A stretch of 64,000 nucleotides of DNA, taken from the IMG/VR virus record IMGVR_UViG_3300049846_001393, positions 15,163 to 79,162 of that record. The stretch is one strand, 5' to 3'. The position numbers were made by a program, and so were the translations under genes. Every line of letters starts with the position of its first letter. The first letter of the stretch is position 1. The stretch is from a virus. The notes beneath the pieces were generated by a model. The model saw only the letters and a list, made by a program, of their open reading frames with translations, searched no databases and was not told the DNA's origin. Below are positions 56,821 to 64,000 of the stretch, piece after piece.

Positions 56821-58566
56821 TCAATCCATCCAGTTGTCTGGAAGCATATCCTGTGCGTCAAGTGCCTTAGCACGCTTGATAATATGCTTCTTAGCTGCAG
56901 GCTTATCCTTGGCTCTACCAAAAGCCTGAATAGCATTCTTAAGATCACCAATAGTTACAATCGGGTAAGAGCCATCTGGAAGAGCAAGACCTTCCTTTGC
57001 AAGTTTCTCACGCTCTTCGGGAGTAAAATCTCTAGCAGATTCTCTCTCACGCTTCTGCTGAGCCTCATAACTGCGAACAATTCTGTTAGTCCAAGACCAA
57101 GCAGCATCGCCACCCCAGAGCAGCCAAGCAATCCAACCATTACTAGTCTTATCATTCAGATTGTCACCAGCATGACGGGGGAAGTAGCGATTGATATGTC
57201 GAACCTTCTCAATGCCAATGGTCCCACCAGCAGCAAGCGTTCGTGCAGTATTTTCGCCAACATCAGTACCACCACGGCCAAACTTCTTACGAAGATCAAG
57301 GCCGCGCTGAGCATTCTTCTTTACACGGTCTGGAATTGGATAGGTTGCAGCCTCATCCTTCTTTTTGTCATCTTCGTTATTGTCATAGCTGCTATAGGTG
57401 TCATCTTCGATATCGTCAGGAGAATTTTCCTGATTATCAAGTTCACCAATTTTGGTAACCTCATCAGACATGCGACCAGTCATAAATTCAGTCTCTTGGT
57501 CGTCAATCCAAATTCTAATAAGAACAGCAGGATTCTCCATAGAAGCAGGAGAATAAAATTTTGATCCAGGAACACCGAAGTACCCATCATACATAACATG
57601 CTCAACTGAACCAACATGCTCATGCGTGCCCTGTGGTGGCATATCGTTATGGAACATGGAGTCATTCTCCATCATAAACTTTACAATATCGCCTTCTTTA
57701 AAAGAATCCATTTGAGCTACTCCTGCTTTCTTTTCACGTTCACGACGCTTTTCATGTTGAGTTGGTGTTTCAAGATTTTTTACATCTTCTTTACCTGGCT
57801 TATATCCGCTCTTTGGATCAGTTGCAGCATAAAGACTTTTAAGTTGATCATTAGCAGATTTCTGAGTTGCATGACAACCATGGACAATCCCAGACTTCTC
57901 GCCAATTACTCCATAGGGTTTGCTAACTGGACAGGATGGATGCTCTTTAACTACCCTAAAGTAAAGTCTTTTTTCTTGTGCCTCTTCGCTAGCTTTGCTT
58001 GAAAGAGGGTGATCTCTTGGAAGAAGATCCTGATCGAACGGTTTTCTTGGAGCCTTACCATTTTTAAGCATCTTAAGAAATGCTCTAACCCTTCCATAGC
58101 CCCACTGCTCTGCGCTAACCACATTTGGTCGAACGCTAGAAGGATTGGTCTTATAAGCTCCAACGCCCCTGTTAAAAACTTTAGTAAGAGTAGTCATAGT
58201 AACTTTCCTGCCCTCTGGAGCAGTCTTGTTATACTCTGACATTATACCTCTAAGCGTGGAATTTCTATCAGCAGACTCTGGCTCAATAGGTGTCTTGGAT
58301 ACACGAAGATCCGAAACAGGCTTAGCAACAACCCTGTCGGTCTTTGACTTAGGGTTGCCATCCTCATCAACAGCCCAAACCTCTATAGTTGCAACAGGAT
58401 TATCCTTAGTTGCCTCAAAAGATTCATTAGTACCATCAATCTTTACCATGCCAGAAGTTTTGATACTCTTAACAACCCCATGGGCATAGGTAGTGGCCTG
58501 AGGTGGCTTAGGCACCGCATACATCACATGATCGCCAACAGATACGTTTTTTGCTGAAAATTCCAT
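56821..58566 (-). CDS. modular multi-domain phage protein
   Basis: 581 aa; short modules VFNRGVGAY, GCHATQKSA, AWLLWGGD, PDGSYPI. Confidence 0.65.
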   Translation of the reverse strand: MEFSAKNVSVGDHVMYAVPKPPQATTYAHGVVKSIKTSGMVKIDGTNESFEATKDNPVATIEVWAVDEDGNPKSKTDRVVAKPVSDLRVSKTPIEPESADRNSTLRGIMSEYNKTAPEGRKVTMTTLTKVFNRGVGAYKTNPSSVRPNVVSAEQWGYGRVRAFLKMLKNGKAPRKPFDQDLLPRDHPLSSKASEEAQEKRLYFRVVKEHPSCPVSKPYGVIGEKSGIVHGCHATQKSANDQLKSLYAATDPKSGYKPGKEDVKNLETPTQHEKRREREKKAGVAQMDSFKEGDIVKFMMENDSMFHNDMPPQGTHEHVGSVEHVMYDGYFGVPGSKFYSPASMENPAVLIRIWIDDQETEFMTGRMSDEVTKIGELDNQENSPDDIEDDTYSSYDNNEDDKKKDEAATYPIPDRVKKNAQRGLDLRKKFGRGGTDVGENTARTLAAGGTIGIEKVRHINRYFPRHAGDNLNDKTSNGWIAWLLWGGDAAWSWTNRIVRSYEAQQKRERESARDFTPEEREKLAKEGLALPDGSYPIVTIGDLKNAIQAFGRAKDKPAAKKHIIKRAKALDAQDMLPDNWMD

Positions 58567-58572
58567 AAAGAC

Positions 58573-58599
58573 TTATCGGGAAATCAGGTTTCTATTAAA
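58573..58599 (-). promoter_or_regulatory. putative phage-sigma promoter TTTA-N15-CCCGATAA (leaderless)
   Basis: Near-perfect sigma28 -10 box 6 nt before the ATG. Confidence 0.65.
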
Positions 58600-59834
58600 T
58601 GGGACACTAATTCAGCAATCTGGCTTCTTTCAGATTTTTCAAGATTGATATGAGCAAAGATATCTTCGTTTTTAAGAGAAGATATTACTGACATAACACC
58701 ATCATATTTTCCAACTCTTAAATTATCTCGCTGAGCAACATCATGAGTCATCACCACTTTGCTGTTCTTACCCATCCTAGAAAGAGCAGTCAATAGAACC
58801 ATCTTCTCAAGATTCTGCGCTTCATCGATAATGACAAACGAATCGCTAAGCGTTCTACCTCTGATATGTGTAAGGGGAAGAACTTCAAGAAGTTCCTCTT
58901 CGATAATTTCTTCAATAACGTTAGGTCCACAGAAAACTTCCAAAGCATCAAATACGGCTGCTGCCCAAGGGGACATTTTTTCTTCGGCAGTTCCAGGAAG
59001 AAAACCAAGATCCTGTCCGCCAACAGCATAAAGCGGTCTGAAAATAATTACTTTCTTGTGAACTCTTTTTTCTACAACAGACTCAAGACCTGCAGCGATA
59101 GCAAGAAGAGATTTGCCAGTGCCGGCGTTTCCGCCAATAGAAACAATCTGAACTGAGTCATCAGTTAAGAAATCCAAGGCAATGCGCTGTTCTGCGCTTC
59201 GACCACGAACATCGAAAACATTTCGATCTTTAACATGGACAAGATGACCATTCTTGTATCTTGCCAAAGCAGAACTAGTACCGCTTGTTGCAATAACACC
59301 AGTATTTGTGGGAAGTTTTAGTTCGAAAGAAGTTTTACCAGTAGAATATAAATTCTCAATTGAGTCTTGATCAACTTCAATCTTTTCGATACCAGACCAG
59401 ACTTCGCTAAACTGATCAGAGAAGTAGTCATCCGCATTAAGACCAATCACTGAAGCCTTGAGTCGAAGCGGCAAATCTTTCGTAAGAATAGTTACATCTT
59501 CTTTTTTAGAAAGATTATATGCAACAGCAAGAATTTTATTGTCGTTCAAATTTTCTTTGAAAGCATTTGGTAGATCCGTGTTATCGATATTGTTAATTTC
59601 GATTCTTACACTTCCACCATTTTCATTTACAATCGGATCAATAAGGGAATCATTTTTTCTGATTAACTCAAGTTCTCTCAAACACTGTCTGGCAGAAAAG
59701 CCAAGTTCTGGGTGGTTACGCTTTTCCTCAAGTTCGGTAAGAACTATCAGCGGAATAACTATGTGCTTATCTTGAAGCCTTTCCATAGCTTTGGGATCGG
59801 ACAGAAAAACTGATGTGTCAATAACATAGATCAT
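58584..59834 (-). CDS. phoH: PIN-PhoH family ATPase
   Basis: PIN IDTSV...; GNAGTGKS; RGRT; IDEAQN. Confidence 0.92.
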   Translation of the reverse strand: MIYVIDTSVFLSDPKAMERLQDKHIVIPLIVLTELEEKRNHPELGFSARQCLRELELIRKNDSLIDPIVNENGGSVRIEINNIDNTDLPNAFKENLNDNKILAVAYNLSKKEDVTILTKDLPLRLKASVIGLNADDYFSDQFSEVWSGIEKIEVDQDSIENLYSTGKTSFELKLPTNTGVIATSGTSSALARYKNGHLVHVKDRNVFDVRGRSAEQRIALDFLTDDSVQIVSIGGNAGTGKSLLAIAAGLESVVEKRVHKKVIIFRPLYAVGGQDLGFLPGTAEEKMSPWAAAVFDALEVFCGPNVIEEIIEEELLEVLPLTHIRGRTLSDSFVIIDEAQNLEKMVLLTALSRMGKNSKVVMTHDVAQRDNLRVGKYDGVMSVISSLKNEDIFAHINLEKSERSQIAELVSHLIET

Positions 59835-59867
59835 TGAATCCCCAGATTAAATTGTAAATTTAAAATT

Positions 59868-59894
59868 CTAACGGAGACAATCTGTGATTTTGAA
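59868..59894 (-). promoter_or_regulatory. putative phage-sigma promoter TTCA-N15-TCCGTTAG
   Basis: Motif variant upstream of phoH. Confidence 0.5.
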
Positions 59895-59981
59895 TCAAGT
59901 CGATGTGCTAATGTGTCGGCACGGAGGCCGATGCGCTACGAGGTAGCGGCAAACATCAAATTTCTTGGGAAGCTGATGTTC

Positions 59982-60064
59982 GGGAGTGCTGCAGAGATGG
60001 CGATCTGCACCAGACTGTAAATCTGGCGTCGTTGACTTAGGGGGTTCGAATCCCTCCACTCCCA
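59982..60064 (+). tRNA. tRNA-Tyr(GUA)
   Basis: GGGAGTG/CACTCCC acceptor, CCAGA-CTGTAAA-TCTGG, long variable arm, GGTTCGAATCC. Confidence 0.92.
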
Positions 60065-60066
60065 CT

Positions 60067-60204
60067 ATGATAGTATTATTTTCTATTATTTTTGCTATTG
60101 GAGCTTGGATAGCTCTTTGGGCTTCAGATGAATCAAAAGATGGCCTAATGATACTTGGCATAAGCATCTGTTGTATTACTATTTTTTTCGCATCATTAAT
60201 TTAG
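60067..60204 (+). CDS. small two-helix membrane protein (45 aa)
   Basis: Hydrophobic ORF between tRNA-Tyr and queF. Confidence 0.5.
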   Translation: MIVLFSIIFAIGAWIALWASDESKDGLMILGISICCITIFFASLI

Positions 60205-60211
60205 GATTCCA

Positions 60212-60667
60212 ATGGACGAATTAACGCTTCTTGGCTCAGAAGTTGAATATAACTTTGATGAACCAAATAAGATTCACTTAGAAAAATTTGAGTATAGCCA
60301 GTATAAATTTCATCAATTAATTTCTTTTAAGACAGATGAATTTACTTCACTATGTCCAATGACTGGACAGCCAGATTTTGCGTCACTAGATATATGCTAT
60401 ATTGCAGATAAGTTTGCCATAGAAAGCAAATCTTTAAAGTTATACATATTTAGATATAGAAATCATGGAGCCTTCCATGAGGATTGCATTAATAAAATAA
60501 CTCAAGATATTATAGATGTAATTGATCCTAAATATATTAGAGTTATAGGTGATTTTTCTAAGCGTGGTGGAATTTCTATAAAACCTATAAGCGAATACTG
60601 TAGAGATGGCTTTAAAAAGCCGGTTGACCTAATAAATCAATACGATAATTTTAATTTCAAAAATTAA
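60212..60667 (+). CDS. queF: NADPH-dependent preQ0 reductase
   Basis: EFTSLCPMTGQPDFA, ESKSLKLY, HEDC, RGGI. Confidence 0.92.
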   Translation: MDELTLLGSEVEYNFDEPNKIHLEKFEYSQYKFHQLISFKTDEFTSLCPMTGQPDFASLDICYIADKFAIESKSLKLYIFRYRNHGAFHEDCINKITQDIIDVIDPKYIRVIGDFSKRGGISIKPISEYCRDGFKKPVDLINQYDNFNFKN

Positions 60668-60675
60668 AAAGTTAT

Positions 60676-60748
60676 TCCCAGATAGCTCAATTGGCAGAGC
60701 AGTTGACTGTTAATCAGCGGGTTGTAGGTTCGAGTCCTACTCTGGGAG
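60676..60748 (+). tRNA. tRNA-Asn(GUU)
   Basis: TCCCAGA/TCTGGGA acceptor, CTGTTAA anticodon loop, GGTTCGAGTCC. Confidence 0.95.
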
Positions 60749-61327
60749 CTATTGGTTGGCTTCAAAAAAATCTTTGGCAAAGCCGGCAGGCGTCATGGAT
60801 CTAAACTCTTTGGTCTGCTCAGATGCGCCACCAACCTTCCAAATAACACGACCTTGAGTGTTTTCTACTTCGTGGCGTTCTGGGGTATTGAAGTCTCCCC
60901 ATAGCCAAGTCATCTTTTGCCATGGATCGCCATGATGATACGGATGAAACTTGTATTGCACTGGTCCAAGTTCGGGGATAAGTTTATGAATCCTGCTCAT
61001 AGGATTTTCTACTACCCAAAATTTTAGTGTATCTACAGATTTGTAGAAATTTACTATTTCCATAACTTTCAATACCAAATCAACTGCCTCTGCAGTCCTA
61101 CCGTCAGCGTCTTTCTCCTTAAAGAAACGTGAACCTGAAAGAGAGAAGTGGGTGCATGGTGGTGCGGCAAGAATGCCGTAGACTTCTGGAAACTCTTGAT
61201 AGTCAAAATCAAAAATATCAGAACCAAGTTTGATATCGATTTGATGAACTTCATAGCCTGAATCTTTATATGGTTTACTCCAATTTCCAGAGTAATCAAA
61301 TAAAGATAATATAACTTTATTAGACAT
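60749..61327 (-). CDS. short C5 DNA cytosine methyltransferase
   Basis: LSLFDYSG, PPCTHFS, VENP; start at MSNKV. Confidence 0.8.
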   Translation of the reverse strand: MSNKVILSLFDYSGNWSKPYKDSGYEVHQIDIKLGSDIFDFDYQEFPEVYGILAAPPCTHFSLSGSRFFKEKDADGRTAEAVDLVLKVMEIVNFYKSVDTLKFWVVENPMSRIHKLIPELGPVQYKFHPYHHGDPWQKMTWLWGDFNTPERHEVENTQGRVIWKVGGASEQTKEFRSMTPAGFAKDFFEANQ

Positions 61328-61384
61328 AATATATACCAAATTATAGTTAATATAAGTTGTTTTAACTTTATATTGCAACCCGAT

Positions 61385-61413
61385 TTGACACCGGCTAAAA
61401 CCAATGATACAGT
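61385..61413 (+). promoter_or_regulatory. sigma70-type promoter TTGACA-N17-TACAGT
   Basis: Leaderless ATG at 61420. Confidence 0.75.
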
Positions 61414-61419
61414 CGTTAG

Positions 61420-61629
61420 ATGGACAATTTATTATACTTAGATTATTTTGGCGTTGCTGACGAAATAGAAGGCTTTGGAATTCCAGAAGATGAACTTCTA
61501 ACACTTGAAGATTTTGAAAAACCATTTATTGAAAAAGTTTTAGTATGGGCAAAAAGAAATAATGCACCATGGCCTCCAAGTTTTCAGTGGGCCGAAGACC
61601 ACTGGGACGTTCGTGACAAAATGTTATAA
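61420..61629 (+). CDS. hypothetical protein
   Basis: 69 aa, leaderless. Confidence 0.55.
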   Translation: MDNLLYLDYFGVADEIEGFGIPEDELLTLEDFEKPFIEKVLVWAKRNNAPWPPSFQWAEDHWDVRDKML

Positions 61630-61676
61630 ACGGAAAAGACCGCTGATAGAATTTCGACTCTAACGAAAGGCTAATA

Positions 61677-62336
61677 ATGCTAACTAAAGTTAAACCAACT
61701 GCAGCGATTATTGTTGTAGCAGTATATACCGCACTTCAGTTGATCTCTAATATTGCAAGTACCAAAATTGGTATGATAGGAACTTTTGCAATCGATATGG
61801 GAACGTTCCTATATCCTCTAACATTTACCATGAGAGATGTTGCACATAAGATTCTTGGCAAGGCGCATGTTAGAATCATGATTCTAGTTGCTGCACTTCT
61901 AAATCTTGCTATGGTTCTTTACCTATGGTTCTGCACACTTTTCCCTGCAGATCCTTCATGGCCACTAAACGAAGAGTTCAGTGCAGTTCTAGGACCTGTA
62001 TCAAGAATTGTAGTTGCTTCGATCCTAGCCCAGTTAATTGCAGAACTTGCTGACACTGAAGCATACCATTGGTTTGTGACAAAGATCACTAAAAGATTCC
62101 AGTGGGCACGAGTTTTGGTATCAAACGCAATTTCGGTTCCACTAGACAGCGTGGTGTTTGTTCTGATTGCTTTTGCCCCGATCACACTGTTCGGTTCGCA
62201 GGGTTTGGAATGGTCAATCGTCTGGTCAATTTTCTGGACCAACATCATTTTCAAGGGAATTGTAACACTAGCAAGTATGCCAATGATTTATGTAACACCA
62301 GACAGGGACTGGGATAGCGATAAATCTGATGCCTAA
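61677..62336 (+). CDS. yhhQ: queuosine precursor transporter (YhhQ/QPTR family)
   Basis: SNIASTK, GTFLYPLTFTMRD, RIVVASILA, RVLVSNAISVPLDSVVF. Confidence 0.88.
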   Translation: MLTKVKPTAAIIVVAVYTALQLISNIASTKIGMIGTFAIDMGTFLYPLTFTMRDVAHKILGKAHVRIMILVAALLNLAMVLYLWFCTLFPADPSWPLNEEFSAVLGPVSRIVVASILAQLIAELADTEAYHWFVTKITKRFQWARVLVSNAISVPLDSVVFVLIAFAPITLFGSQGLEWSIVWSIFWTNIIFKGIVTLASMPMIYVTPDRDWDSDKSDA

Positions 62337-62356
62337 AAATTAGGAACCACGTATCT

Positions 62357-62384
62357 GGCCGGGGCGTAAAAACCCCGGCCTTTT
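62357..62384 (+). terminator. intrinsic terminator after yhhQ
   Basis: GGCCGGGG...CCCCGGCC-TTTT. Confidence 0.8.
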
Positions 62385-62387
62385 ACG

Positions 62388-63710
62388 TTAGTGCCTCTTT
62401 AATCCTCTGAAATAATTTCTTTGAACATCCCTATCAAGATTTTCATAACCATTCATTCTTGCAATATCAAACATAATATTTCCGAAAGAAATTGCACCAC
62501 ATATGAACCTAACATTTTCTGCAACGATTCCCTCATCAGTTGATCTGCAGTCAAAACCTTCAAATCTATAATCTAAATTATAGAAAGAAGTTCTGATGCC
62601 ATCACTGGTATAGAAACTTCCAACTGCAGCAATCCTGTTCATTGAATTGTTATCAAGTGAAACAACATCGCTACCCATCATCTGCAGATATCTACGCTGA
62701 ACACCCCATGGTCCACCTAGTAGGTGAACTTTTCTTCCTTTAAATTTTTCTGGATCAACCTGTGTCATACCATAACTGGATGGGCAGCTATATCCTAGAA
62801 CGTATTGATCTGGTATGTCAGCGATACAGTCATACTTTGGAATTACGATCACATTTTCAGCGTATTTATTTAACTGTTCTGCCTGTTCCATTACTTCATC
62901 AAAAGTATGGTATTTGGTATCGTATCCTGCTGTTTCTTCTTCTGTCATTAAATCTATGACCGTACAGTATTTTGGCCTGAATGTTTTAACATTCTTTAAA
63001 TGGTTTTCAAAACTATATTTTTTAAAATCTATATCAATAAATATTTCATCGTACATAGATTCTTTATATACGCCATCTGTCTGGAATCCCATTTTCCATC
63101 CAGCATCATGTGCTGCGTGACGTAATCTATCTGAAATACTTGAACAGTATATGATGTCAATATCAACTGCTAGTTTAGCTTTCAATACTTCACCATTATA
63201 TTTTTTGTTTAGAATTTGATCATAGACATATCTAGAAGTTTTAACATCCTTGTCTTCTATGATATATACTTTGCCATCATCACCAATTCTTTTTCTTGAA
63301 TCGATATTCAGTTCTTTTCTGACACTAGCAACTGTCATATCTGATACGCCTAATTCTTTTGCAATAGAATTATTTGATCGTTCAGGGTTATCTGATAGTA
63401 CGTCAGAAATAATGGCACGTTTCTGTGCAGAATTTAGGTGGCGTCTGGCTACGTTCATAGAACGTGCATAGTTTCTTTTTTCTTCTTCGGTCATTCCTTT
63501 TCTGATGATAGTCGGGCATTCTATTCCCAGGTCCTGTGCAATTGACCATCTATGGTGACCATCTAGGATATTACCATCTTCATCAATTTCTACAGGATGA
63601 ATAATACCATGTTCTTTAATAGAATCATACAATACTTCATATTCATGTTTATTTAATGATGGAAGTAACTGATACTTATATTCTGACCTATGAAAAACAG
63701 GAACTTTCAT
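62388..63710 (-). CDS. ParB-like N-terminal domain + HTH fused to a putative TGT/DpdA-like barrel (DUF6610-like)
   Basis: ILDGHHRW, NVARRHL, IAKELGVS; C-terminal VIVIPK...VHLLGG...VSLDNNS. Confidence 0.65.
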   Translation of the reverse strand: MKVPVFHRSEYKYQLLPSLNKHEYEVLYDSIKEHGIIHPVEIDEDGNILDGHHRWSIAQDLGIECPTIIRKGMTEEEKRNYARSMNVARRHLNSAQKRAIISDVLSDNPERSNNSIAKELGVSDMTVASVRKELNIDSRKRIGDDGKVYIIEDKDVKTSRYVYDQILNKKYNGEVLKAKLAVDIDIIYCSSISDRLRHAAHDAGWKMGFQTDGVYKESMYDEIFIDIDFKKYSFENHLKNVKTFRPKYCTVIDLMTEEETAGYDTKYHTFDEVMEQAEQLNKYAENVIVIPKYDCIADIPDQYVLGYSCPSSYGMTQVDPEKFKGRKVHLLGGPWGVQRRYLQMMGSDVVSLDNNSMNRIAAVGSFYTSDGIRTSFYNLDYRFEGFDCRSTDEGIVAENVRFICGAISFGNIMFDIARMNGYENLDRDVQRNYFRGLKRH

Positions 63711-63906
63711 AACCAACAACTTTCACACGCGAAAAACTAAACACAATCTTACACTAATAATATTTTTTTAAACCCAAATACGTCAAATATAGAAAACGTC
63801 ATAAACAGCCCTAGAATGCGATCTAACAGCATCCAAACAAAACATATACAACTATACCACAACACATCTAGAAACCCGTTAAAACGCATTACAGCGCCCT
63901 ACAGGA

Positions 63907-64000
63907 CTATTTCTGTTTCAAACGTACCATATCAATAACATTAACTAACGGAATATTAATTCCATTAGCCACAGAACCATCACCATCATCACTAGTAACC
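63907..64000 (-). CDS. 3' end of a hypothetical gene entering from beyond the window
   Basis: Open frame ...VTSDDGDGSVANGINIPLVNVIDMVRLKQK*. Confidence 0.4.
   Translation of the reverse strand, partial: VTSDDGDGSVANGINIPLVNVIDMVRLKQK

Noticed and set aside
59895-60204. ORFs 59895-60167(-) and the long form of 59986-60204(+)
   Set aside because: They overlap tRNA-Tyr; only 60067-60204 is plausibly coding
60749-61525. 258-aa long form of the methyltransferase
   Set aside because: The extension overlaps an opposite-strand gene and promoter; motif I starts right after Met at 61327
61630-61676. preQ1 riboswitch upstream of yhhQ
   Set aside because: No stem plus A-rich tail matching the class I consensus; only an AAAGG RBS
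1-64000. Stop-codon reassignment, integrase/att site or transposon
   Set aside because: Genes are full-length in the standard code with all three stops used; no recombinase or transposase recognised

Overview
This window is a 64-kb segment of a large tailed dsDNA phage genome (long non-contractile tail inferred from a 2,829-aa tape measure, a tail-chaperone -1 frameshift and no recognisable sheath). The host is probably actinobacterial, most likely Acidimicrobiia: there is a WhiG/FliA-type sigma factor, leaderless genes, PIN-PhoH, and Acidimicrobiia-type 'GYW..DG.V.AFGDA' repeats in a tail protein. Positions 1-47.5 kb are almost entirely minus-strand: sigma factor, class II ribonucleotide reductase, holin, RuvC, an 11-gene glycan synthesis cluster, terminase, portal, head, neck and tail genes. 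Positions 47.5-64 kb form a mixed-strand accessory region. Its most unusual elements are: (1) a ~420-nt extensively base-paired minus-strand non-coding RNA candidate directly upstream of the sigma gene; (2) a 76-nt tRNA-Gly(UCC) with an aberrant T-arm, 8 nt upstream of two GNAT-fold genes and followed by dCMP deaminase and ThyX, a candidate Gly-tRNA-dependent modification system; (3) a 7-deazaguanine module of QueF flanked by two GUN-anticodon tRNAs, a YhhQ transporter, a short C5 methyltransferase and a ParB fusion to a TGT/DpdA-like domain; (4) a recurring TTTA-N15-nnCGTTA promoter motif that probably defines the phage sigma regulon. All product calls come from motif recognition by eye; no database searches were run.
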